Source: an uncultured Gammaproteobacteria bacterium (GTDB lineage: Bacteria; Cyanobacteriota; Vampirovibrionia; LMEP-6097). From it: a stretch of DNA of 64,000 nt. The notes under the pieces were generated by a model. That model did not search any database, had not been told where the DNA came from, and was given only the letters and a program-made list of their open reading frames with translations. The translations under genes and the position numbers were made by a program. Each line of letters begins with the position of its first letter. Position 1 is the first letter of the stretch. Where the stretch lies: assembly GCA_964512985.1 (NCBI GenBank), contig CAZELI010000001.1, positions 106,720-170,719 of the forward strand, in the 5' to 3' direction. Below are positions 56,137-64,000 of the stretch, in pieces.

Positions 56137-58198
56137 ACAACACAGACTTCGCCAAGGTCACTGCTATATCTTCTATAAGAGGCACATTAGTACCAGGGAA
56201 GGCAGTTGTAGTCGCTGTACTGAGCATAATACTGCAATAAGGACAAGCAACACTCACCTTATTAGGACGATGTTCGTTTAGCTCTTCTAGGCGCATGACA
56301 TTGATATGGTTACCAGGTGTCTCATACCAGATCTGCGCGCCGCCGCCGCCGCAACAAGTACTCTTAGACTTCTCGTGTTCAATATGCTGTAGTTCAATTC
56401 CAGGGATGGATTCAAGAATAAATCTTGGTGGATCAAATACTTGATTATATCTACCTAAATAGCATGGATCATGGTAAGTGATGGTCTCTGCTACTTCCTT
56501 CTCTGGCTTGAGTCTACCATCCTTGATTAAGTTAGCTAGTATTTCACTGTGATGATAGACTTCCACACCGTCTAGTCCAAACTCTGGATACTCGTTCTTG
56601 AGAGTGTTATAGACGTGTGGACATTGAGTGATGATCTTCTTAACGTTATAAGCTTTGAGTATTTCGATATTCTCTAATACTAATTCTTGGAAGAGACCTT
56701 CATCACCTGCACGTCTTGCTGTGTCACCAGAACTCTTCTCTTCATTACCAAGTACTGCAAAGTTTATTCCAGCCTTAGTAAATAATGCTGCATTGGCTTT
56801 GGTTACAGCTTTATTCCTGTCATCATAAGCCCCAGGGCTACCCACCCAGTATAAATATTCAAACTCAGCACCAGAACTTGCGAGCTTCACGTCAATGCTT
56901 CTCTCTGACTTGAGTTCAGCGATCCACTTCTCTCTATCTTTAGGGTCTAGTCCCCAAGGATTAGACTTAGTGCGGATGTTTTTAAGAGTAGCTTGTAAAT
57001 TGCTTGGAGCCATATTCGATTGTAGTAAACCTCTGCGCATATCTACGATGGTATCTACATGCTCAATGAGTACAGGACATTCTTCCATACAAGCACGGCA
57101 AGAGGTACAAGACCAAAGCACATCTTGATGGATATGACTATAAACATCATCCCGATCTTCTTTAGTAGCGAGGGCTCTGATATTTAGCATTAAGAATTTA
57201 GGTGATAAAGGTTTATCTGTGTTTTGTGCTGGACAAACTACATGGCAGCGCCCACAGCTAGTGCAAGCTTCGCCGTCTAAGAGAGACTTCCAGGAGAAAT
57301 CATTGTAAGTAAAAACTCCAGCGGTGAAATCCTCTTCATTGATTTCTTTCCCTTCAGCTTCTGCTGTCATCATATCGAGTAAACTGTACGGCGTGTAAAG
57401 CTGTCCGTATTTGCGATCTGTGCGAAAGAATATAGTAAGAGGTGAGAGGAATATATGCGAGAACTTAGTAACGGGAATCAATGCGATAAAAGCGAAAGTT
57501 AATATACTATGGAACCACCAGAGTACGCGATGACTTGCTTGTAAATCTTCCACTCTCATATAAGAGAAGAACTTCGCCAAAGCTGCTCCTATAGGGGCAT
57601 AGTCCTCGATATGAGTCGTAGCAGCCATACGAAAAGCTTCTAGCAAGAAACCAGTAATCACAAACAATCCCAAGAAAGTTAATTGAATCCAATCGTTCTG
57701 TGTATTGTCGAGATTCTTGGATTTGAAAATATAACGACGAATAGTAAACACTATTACACCTATGAACAATAGTAATCCACCAAAATCAGCAGCAAAACTT
57801 ACTATCTTATAAAAGGTACCTTGGAAGAAATGAACAGTTTTAAATAAATGTTCTTGAACAGCAATAATATCGGTAACTATCCAGAGAATAATAAATCCTA
57901 GGAAAATCATTACATGGGGTATGCCACCAGTTTTCTTCGCTCTGATTTTCTTCTGTAACAGACCAAAAGTAAGCAAAGTCTTAATACGTTCTTTCAAATT
58001 ACTGAAACGATCTTCCCTCTTAAGCGCCTTACCATTAAAAATATGCTTTAACTTTTTATAGAAACCATAAATAAAGAACCCAACAGCTACAGCTGCCATT
58101 AAATAGAAGAATATCTTCCCGTAAGTATGGTCAATATTCCACCATAGCTCTCTAGTCTCCAAAAGCGGAGGCTCAGGTATAACAATTTCATTATCCAC
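56135..58198 (-). CDS. membrane-bound HdrDE/DsrMK-like Fe-S oxidoreductase (NarI-like TM domain fused to 2x[4Fe-4S] and CCG domains)
   Basis: N-terminal multi-TM region, CTSCGRCHVVCP and CTSCRACMEECP, and Cys-rich CCG motifs (CPHVYN..., CCGGGGA). Confidence 0.7.
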   Translation of the reverse strand: MDNEIVIPEPPLLETRELWWNIDHTYGKIFFYLMAAVAVGFFIYGFYKKLKHIFNGKALKREDRFSNLKERIKTLLTFGLLQKKIRAKKTGGIPHVMIFLGFIILWIVTDIIAVQEHLFKTVHFFQGTFYKIVSFAADFGGLLLFIGVIVFTIRRYIFKSKNLDNTQNDWIQLTFLGLFVITGFLLEAFRMAATTHIEDYAPIGAALAKFFSYMRVEDLQASHRVLWWFHSILTFAFIALIPVTKFSHIFLSPLTIFFRTDRKYGQLYTPYSLLDMMTAEAEGKEINEEDFTAGVFTYNDFSWKSLLDGEACTSCGRCHVVCPAQNTDKPLSPKFLMLNIRALATKEDRDDVYSHIHQDVLWSCTSCRACMEECPVLIEHVDTIVDMRRGLLQSNMAPSNLQATLKNIRTKSNPWGLDPKDREKWIAELKSERSIDVKLASSGAEFEYLYWVGSPGAYDDRNKAVTKANAALFTKAGINFAVLGNEEKSSGDTARRAGDEGLFQELVLENIEILKAYNVKKIITQCPHVYNTLKNEYPEFGLDGVEVYHHSEILANLIKDGRLKPEKEVAETITYHDPCYLGRYNQVFDPPRFILESIPGIELQHIEHEKSKSTCCGGGGAQIWYETPGNHINVMRLEELNEHRPNKVSVACPYCSIMLSTATTTAFPGTNVPLIEDIAVTLAKSVL

Positions 58199-58279
58199 AT
58201 CTTATATATTAGTCGAATATTGCCCATTTGGTAATATATATACAAGCTTTTAACCCATGAAAGCGTATAGCGCAATTAG

Positions 58280-61200
58280 ATGAAAATTAAAAACCAATTT
58301 CTTGAAACCGCCAAACAGCGCACCATTATTTTTGATGGTGCTATGGGCACGAGTTTATTTAGTTATGATCTGACAGCCCAAGATTATGGTGGTGAAGAAT
58401 ATGAAGGTTGTCCTGAACAATTAAATGTTCATCGCCCGGATATTATTCAAGAAATTCATACTAGGTTTTTTGAGGCTGGGGCGGATGTAGTAGAGACTAA
58501 TACTTTTGGTTCTAGTAGATTAGTCCTTGGTGAATATGGATTAGAAGATAAAGCATATGAGATTAGTAAGCTTGCTGCTTCGCTGGCTAGAGAAGTAGCG
58601 GATAAATTCACAGCACGTGAACCTCAGAAGCCTAGATTCGTAGCAGGTTCTATAGGTCCTGGGACTAAGCTGGTGAGTCTTGGCAATATTAGTTTTGATG
58701 AACTTTGTGAAAGTTATAAACCACAAGTATCTGGTCTTATAGATGGTGGTGTAGATCTGATTCTTATAGAAACCTGTCAAGACCCGCTCCAGATCAAGGC
58801 TTGCCTTAATGCCTGCTTTGATGTGATGCAAGAGAAAGATATAAAGATCCCTATTCAAGTGCAAGTGACGGTTGAAACCATGGGGACTATGCTTGTCGGT
58901 TCTGATATAGCTTCAGTGCTTACGACTCTTAGTGCTTATCCTATAGATATCATTGGTATGAACTGTGCTACTGGACCTAAGGAGATGCGCGAACATATTC
59001 GCTACCTTACCGAGAATGCTCCGTTTATGGTGAGTTGTTTACCGAACGCTGGTATCCCTGAGAACGTCGGTGGTCATGCACACTTTCCTTTAGGACCAGA
59101 AGAATTCTCTAATGAACTAACTCGCTTTGTGAAGGACTTTGGGGTGAATATTGTAGGTGGCTGTTGTGGAACGACTTACGAACATATCCATATGCTTGCT
59201 GAGAAAGTTAAAACTGTTGAACCGGTTCGTCATCCTGATGAGGGTGACGAAAACCCCATCGAGTCTGTTTCCTCCATCTATAATTCCGTCCCTATGATTA
59301 TGGAGCCGCGCCCTCTAATAGTAGGAGAACGTACTAATGCTAACGGTTCTAAATTATTTAGAGATCTGCTTGGTGTCGGTGATTATGAAGGGATAGTAGA
59401 TATCGCTAAGGATCAAGTTGCAGAAGGCGCTCATGTACTAGATGTTTGCACTGCCTATGTTGGGCGTGATGAAATGAAGGACATGGTCGAAGTGATTAAG
59501 CGTATTAATACGCAGGTCAATATACCGATCATGGTAGATAGCACTGAGTATCCAGTGCTTAAAGAAGCTCTCAAGTATATTTCTGGTAAGCCTATTATTA
59601 ACTCAGTTAACTTAGAAGATGGCGAAGAACGTGTAGCGCAGATCGCTGGACTAGCACGCCAGTTTGGTGCGGCATTAGTAGTGCTTACTATTGATGAAGA
59701 GGGTATGGCTAAGACCGCAGAGAAGAAGCTCGCTGTAGCTAGTCGTCTCTATGAAATGCTTGTGCATAAGTATGGACTAGATCCACGTAATTTGATTTAT
59801 GATACTTTGACTTTTACTTTAGGTTCTGGTGATGAAGAGATGCGTAATGCTGGAGTAGAGACTATTAAATCTATTCACATGATTAAAGAAAAATATCCTG
59901 AAGTGAAAACTATTCTTGGTTTAAGTAATATTAGCTTTGGCTTGGATGCTAAGCTGAGACCAGCTTTGAATTCAGTATTTTTACATGAATGTATAGAAGC
60001 AGGATTAGATATGGCTATCGCCTCAGCTAAGAAACTTTATCCTATTGCGCAGCTAGATCCTAAGGTTAGGGATTTTTGTTTAGACTTGATCTATGATCGC
60101 AGGCGCGAAGATTATGATCCCTTACATGCACTACTAGATTGTATTGCTGATATTAAACATGATACTAGTGCCAATGCTAATCCTTATGAAGGTTTAGAGG
60201 TAGAAGAAATACTAGCCCGCAGAATCGTTGATGGTAATAAAACTAATATAGATAAGGACCTGGATGCTGCTATGACTAAGGGACATAAACCACTCGACAT
60301 CATTAATATATTCTTGATGAATGGAATGAAGATAGTGGGTGATAGATTCCGTTCTGGTGAGATGCAGCTTCCATTTGTGTTGCAGTCTGCTACTTGTATG
60401 AAGACTGCAGTAGCTCATTTGGAACAGTTTATGACTAAGGCAGAAGGTGCTGGTAATAAGGGTTCTATAGTACTAGCTACTGTTAAGGGTGACGTGCATG
60501 ATATTGGTAAGAATCTAGTAGATATCATTCTTACTAATAATGGCTATAAGGTTTATAACCTTGGTATTAAGCAGCCCATAGACGAGATACTTAAAGCATT
60601 AGAAGAACATAAGGCTAATGTTATCGGTATGTCAGGATTACTTGTTAAATCCACTCTCATTATGAAGCAGAATCTAGAAGCGATGAATGAGCGTGGTATT
60701 AGTATCCCTGTGATACTTGGCGGTTCTGCGCTTACTCGTCGTTACGTAGAAGAAGACTGCGCGCAAATCTATAAGGGAACTGTATTCTATGGCTTTGACG
60801 CATTTACCGATCTTAGTCTGATGGAGAAGATTTGTGCTGGTGGAGATCTAGAAGCAGTGAAGAAAGAGTTCTATAAAACTAGAGCTCCGCTTAAAGATCC
60901 AGAACAAGTTAATCCCGAGACTGATGCTCCTTATGATCTAGTGGAAGATGGGAAAGTTCAAGCTGATATATTTAATTACATTGAGAATCTTTCTAATACT
61001 AGAGTTCTTGATAGTTCTGAAATACCTAAGGCTCCTTTCTTTGGTGATAAATTAATCGAGAATAATATTGAACTAGACGAAGTGTGGAAATATCTCAATG
61101 TTGATGCGCTTATCATTGGTCAATGGCGCATGGGTAAAGGTAAACAGAGCGAAGCTGATTATAAGAAGCAACGCGAGACTATTATTCTGCCGACACTAGA

Positions 61201-61870
61201 GCGTGTGAAAGCCGAAGCTAAAGCAGCAGGATATATTCGTCCTAAAATAAGCTATGGATATTATGCTTGCAAGGTAGATCCTGCTAATCCTAATAAGCTT
61301 ATCATTATAAATCCTAATAACCATGACGTCATTGCGAGGAGCGAAGCGACGAAGCAATCCCTTACTAAGAGCAACAATGACATTAGCTTCATTTTCCCTC
61401 GTCAAACTTCTGGTGAGCATCTTTGTCTTAGTGATTACTTTAAGACTAATGGTGAGTCTAACTTAGTTGCCTTTCAGGTAGTGACTATCGGTGAAGAAGC
61501 TGCTAATTATGTGCGTAAATTATATGAGTCTGGTGACTTCCAAGAGTACCTCTATCATTACGGTCTAGCGACAGAGACTACCGAAGCGCTTGCTGAATAT
61601 TCGCATGCTAGAGTCCGCCAAGAGTTAGGACTCGCTGCTGAGGATGATAAGGACTACTATAAATTAATTCGTGGTAGTTATCATGGTCTGCGTTATAGCT
61701 TTGGCTATCCTGCCTGCCCGCGTATAGAAGACCAGAAGCAAGTATTTGAAATGCTTAAACCAGATCGTATTGGACTAGAACTCTCAGAAGAATGGCAGAT
61801 ACATCCTGAACATTCTACTTCCGCAATAATCGTGCATCATCCTGATGCTAAGTATTTTAATGTGAAGTGA
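58280..61870 (+). CDS. metH: cobalamin-dependent methionine synthase
   Basis: 1196 aa with Hcy-binding, pterin-binding, B12-binding (GDVHDIGKN) and AdoMet-reactivation domains. Confidence 0.95.
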   Translation: MKIKNQFLETAKQRTIIFDGAMGTSLFSYDLTAQDYGGEEYEGCPEQLNVHRPDIIQEIHTRFFEAGADVVETNTFGSSRLVLGEYGLEDKAYEISKLAASLAREVADKFTAREPQKPRFVAGSIGPGTKLVSLGNISFDELCESYKPQVSGLIDGGVDLILIETCQDPLQIKACLNACFDVMQEKDIKIPIQVQVTVETMGTMLVGSDIASVLTTLSAYPIDIIGMNCATGPKEMREHIRYLTENAPFMVSCLPNAGIPENVGGHAHFPLGPEEFSNELTRFVKDFGVNIVGGCCGTTYEHIHMLAEKVKTVEPVRHPDEGDENPIESVSSIYNSVPMIMEPRPLIVGERTNANGSKLFRDLLGVGDYEGIVDIAKDQVAEGAHVLDVCTAYVGRDEMKDMVEVIKRINTQVNIPIMVDSTEYPVLKEALKYISGKPIINSVNLEDGEERVAQIAGLARQFGAALVVLTIDEEGMAKTAEKKLAVASRLYEMLVHKYGLDPRNLIYDTLTFTLGSGDEEMRNAGVETIKSIHMIKEKYPEVKTILGLSNISFGLDAKLRPALNSVFLHECIEAGLDMAIASAKKLYPIAQLDPKVRDFCLDLIYDRRREDYDPLHALLDCIADIKHDTSANANPYEGLEVEEILARRIVDGNKTNIDKDLDAAMTKGHKPLDIINIFLMNGMKIVGDRFRSGEMQLPFVLQSATCMKTAVAHLEQFMTKAEGAGNKGSIVLATVKGDVHDIGKNLVDIILTNNGYKVYNLGIKQPIDEILKALEEHKANVIGMSGLLVKSTLIMKQNLEAMNERGISIPVILGGSALTRRYVEEDCAQIYKGTVFYGFDAFTDLSLMEKICAGGDLEAVKKEFYKTRAPLKDPEQVNPETDAPYDLVEDGKVQADIFNYIENLSNTRVLDSSEIPKAPFFGDKLIENNIELDEVWKYLNVDALIIGQWRMGKGKQSEADYKKQRETIILPTLERVKAEAKAAGYIRPKISYGYYACKVDPANPNKLIIINPNNHDVIARSEATKQSLTKSNNDISFIFPRQTSGEHLCLSDYFKTNGESNLVAFQVVTIGEEAANYVRKLYESGDFQEYLYHYGLATETTEALAEYSHARVRQELGLAAEDDKDYYKLIRGSYHGLRYSFGYPACPRIEDQKQVFEMLKPDRIGLELSEEWQIHPEHSTSAIIVHHPDAKYFNVK
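61348..61384 (+). repeat. family B repeat copy 5, in-frame inside metH (encodes HDVIARSEATKQSL)
   Basis: gacgtcattgcgaggagcgaagcgacgaagcaatccc matches the intergenic B copies (21551, 23076). It shows compensatory changes: atcgc/gcgat becomes attgc/gcaat. Confidence 0.7.
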
Positions 61871-61885
61871 TACACTATTAAAGTA

Positions 61886-62692
61886 ATGAAATTCATAAAC
61901 GACCTATTAGATATTCTCAAAGCTATATTCCTAGGAATTAAAGAGGGCTTTATGGATTTGGTGCAATGGTCTAAGCCACCGCGTGAGGCACCCGCTGAGC
62001 AAGAAGATACTAGTTGGAAGAAATATTACAAATATGCAGAGTGGAGATTTTGGGCGGTGCAAGAAGTTACGGCTCAGATTGTAGTAGTTTTGATATTACT
62101 AATTTTGATTCGTGAGGCTGTTGGTGAGTTTAGATTCATACCTTCTGAGAGTATGGTTCCAACGATGAAGGTTGATGATAAATTATTTGTCGAGAAGTTC
62201 TCTAAAATATTCCGTAAACAATATAATCGTGGCGATATTATAATTTTTTATCCTCCTGCTCATGCTATAGGAGTCTGTGGTGGAAAGAAATTAGCCCCTG
62301 GTGAAGATATACTTAAGTGGGATCCTTTTAGTGTATTTGCAAGATTGACAGGTCTGCCTTTCTTACCTCAACCAGAGGCTTATATCAAGCGAATCGTAGC
62401 CATCCCTGGTGATAAAGTTCAAGTGCGCAAGAATGAAGGTGTGTTTATCAATGGGCGTCATTTAGATGAACCATATCATTTCGCTAGTATGGATTTCTTG
62501 CCAGAGTATGATACTGACGAGATTGAGATCCCTGAAGGTTACTACTATGTTCTTGGTGATAATCGAAATTATAGTTGTGATAGTCATTACTGGGGACTAC
62601 TTCCTAAGAATAGAGTTATAGGAAGAGCTGCGTTCCTTATTTATCGATCACTATCAGTTAAACCTTCCGTGAAATCTACTGCTGATGAATAA
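61886..62692 (+). CDS. lepB: signal peptidase I
   Basis: SESMVPTM catalytic Ser box and GDNRNYSCDSHYWG. Confidence 0.85.
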   Translation: MKFINDLLDILKAIFLGIKEGFMDLVQWSKPPREAPAEQEDTSWKKYYKYAEWRFWAVQEVTAQIVVVLILLILIREAVGEFRFIPSESMVPTMKVDDKLFVEKFSKIFRKQYNRGDIIIFYPPAHAIGVCGGKKLAPGEDILKWDPFSVFARLTGLPFLPQPEAYIKRIVAIPGDKVQVRKNEGVFINGRHLDEPYHFASMDFLPEYDTDEIEIPEGYYYVLGDNRNYSCDSHYWGLLPKNRVIGRAAFLIYRSLSVKPSVKSTADE

Positions 62693-64000
62693 TTTATTTC
62701 TATTATTAATTCCTATCGTAGCTGCTGTAATATTGGGTTTGGATATATGGTCCTTTCCATTAATTAGTCCTGATGAACCACGCTATGCAGAGACTGCCCG
62801 TGAAATGATGGAGCGCATGGATTATATAGTTCCATATTGTGACTACCTTCCGCGTTTTGATAAGCCCATACTTTTCTATTGGCTGGAGATTCTATCTTTA
62901 AAACTTTTTGGGCTCAATGAACTTGCAGCTCGCTTGCCATCAGTGTTGGCTGGAGCTGGAATGGTGTGGCTAGCATTCTTACTAGGAAGCATTCAGGGAT
63001 TTGGTTTGGTGGCAGCTGGAATGATGCTCACTAGTCTACAGATATTCTTATTCTCTAAGCTTGCTATCACTGATATGGTTCTTGCGTTTTTTATTTCTGC
63101 AGCTATTAGTTTCTTCTATTTAGGTTATCGTGAGAGACAAGAGATTCAACAGAAATTTGCCTTGAAAGAGAAACAAAGCTCTGCTTGGTTTTGGTTGTCG
63201 TTAGTTATGATGGCGTTTGGTATGCTCTGCAAAGGACCAGTAGCCGTCTTGCTACCTTTAGCGGTAATTTTTGTTTTCTTGGTTATAGAGAAGGATCTGT
63301 TTGATTTCTTGAAAGATACTTGGGTTGAGCTTAGTATCGGAATCGTAATGTTTCTATTAATTACTGTACCTTGGTATCTTGCTGTACACTTAGCTACTGC
63401 TGGTAAGTTCACTTATGAATTTTTCTTGGGACATAATTTATCCAGATACTTGAACGTTCTTACTAATCACGCTGGACCGCTCTGGTACTATCTTCCAGTA
63501 ATTTTCATCGGCTTGTTTCCATGGTCGTTCTTCTTAGTGCAAGCCATGTTCTCTAATGATTTCTCTACTAAGTTTAATCTCAGAGCGGAATCAGCTAAGG
63601 CAGCACATTTAATGAGTTTCTGTTCGTTATGGGCATTTATTATTCTACTATTCTTCAGTATCTCGCAAACCAAGCTGCCGACTTATATTACACCGATTTA
63701 TTTACCTCTAGTGATTATTGTTGCTAAGTGGTGGTCTGAGAAATTTAAGATAGTAAGAAGTAATGGTTATAAAAACTTAGATGGTTTGATTGGTTTAGCC
63801 TTGATGGTGCTTGCTGTATTTGCCGGAGCGATATTAGCTTTATTCGTATTCAAGAAGCAGTTGTTAGAAATTAATTCTATTATACTTGTAGCGATAGCGA
63901 TAATTTCCTTTATGCTGATTGCTGCTGCTTTGGTCGCTATGACTGCTATGCTTTATCGTGCCAGAACAGCTTTTGCGATTATTAGTGGAGTTACTTTGTT
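62685..64000 (+). CDS. GT39 / ArnT-PMT-like membrane glycosyltransferase, paralog of 10344-11714; 3'-truncated by window edge
   Basis: ATG at 62685 overlaps the lepB stop by 8 nt. DEPRYAETAREMMERMDYIVPY...PRFDKPILFYW parallels the other GT39. It is not in the ORF track because no stop occurs before the window end. Confidence 0.75.
   Translation, partial: MNNLFLLLIPIVAAVILGLDIWSFPLISPDEPRYAETAREMMERMDYIVPYCDYLPRFDKPILFYWLEILSLKLFGLNELAARLPSVLAGAGMVWLAFLLGSIQGFGLVAAGMMLTSLQIFLFSKLAITDMVLAFFISAAISFFYLGYRERQEIQQKFALKEKQSSAWFWLSLVMMAFGMLCKGPVAVLLPLAVIFVFLVIEKDLFDFLKDTWVELSIGIVMFLLITVPWYLAVHLATAGKFTYEFFLGHNLSRYLNVLTNHAGPLWYYLPVIFIGLFPWSFFLVQAMFSNDFSTKFNLRAESAKAAHLMSFCSLWAFIILLFFSISQTKLPTYITPIYLPLVIIVAKWWSEKFKIVRSNGYKNLDGLIGLALMVLAVFAGAILALFVFKKQLLEINSIILVAIAIISFMLIAAALVAMTAMLYRARTAFAIISGVTL

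Noticed and set aside
35581-63673. ORFs 35581-35829, 36864-37079, 40908-41171, 42385-42675, 46168-46362, 46858-47091, 48615-48824, 49299-49598, 50721-50969, 53384-53617, 54787-55023, 56895-57128, 57507-57692, 58541-58864, 60212-60418, 61196-61420, 63146-63412 and 63488-63673
   Set aside because: They overlap better-supported genes on the same or opposite strand and have no motifs. The last two lie inside the un-tracked GT39 gene, which runs off the window.

Overview
This is a low-GC (roughly 37-38%) bacterial chromosomal segment, probably from a Gram-negative organism. The evidence for that is a secretin, an LPS heptosyltransferase, RseP and Tat/Sec signal peptides; Shine-Dalgarno sites are present; CCA is encoded in all three tRNAs; and tRNA-His has an encoded G-1. 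I cannot place the lineage. The housekeeping genes are metK (3' part), lysC, a DedA protein, fabZ, an isolated nuoH-nuoI pair followed by flavodoxin, mdh, pckA, hflX, an aminotransferase, plsC, a Tat-signal Fe/Mn SOD, frmA, der, a ClC channel, an Opp-like permease, an HdrDE-like Fe-S oxidoreductase, metH, lepB and two GT39 (ArnT/PMT-like) paralogs. Three tRNAs are present: Leu-GAG, Thr-GGT and His-GTG. Accessory blocks interrupt these genes. (1) 14.3-19.0 kb is a toxin-antitoxin/Abi island: a three-gene MazF operon, then an AbiEii/AbiEi pair and a DUF3892-like protein bracketed by inverted paralogous membrane-protein genes. (2) 23.1-30.7 kb holds two paralogous low-complexity Q/A/T/P-rich proteins, a YkgJ/FliB-family metal-binding-motif protein, a zinc-ribbon protein with a long ER/K-repeat helix, and an orphan secretin with an acidic and Thr-rich N-terminal extension plus a coupled secreted partner. 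(3) 30.7-38.7 kb shows tandem integration at the 3' end of tRNA-His, with three copies of an 18-19 bp att core. Its cargo is HEPN/MNT, a hypothetical protein plus a YhcG-like PDDEXK nuclease, a second AbiE pair with a truncated toxin, and a catalytically degenerate XerD-like recombinase. (4) 38.7-48.4 kb carries a cytoplasmic PAS histidine kinase, a REC-GGDEF(degenerate)-REC protein with Glu at both phospho-acceptor positions, and a surface-glycan modification cluster: carbamoyltransferase, SxtK/DUF5989-like peptide, two SGNH proteins, an MBOAT and a sialate-O-acetylesterase-like protein. (5) A REP-associated tyrosine transposase fused to a DnaA-like HTH is flanked by inverted REP hairpins. 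Several families of short GC-rich palindromic repeats are scattered through the window, and one copy sits in-frame inside metH. No CRISPR array and no rRNA are present.
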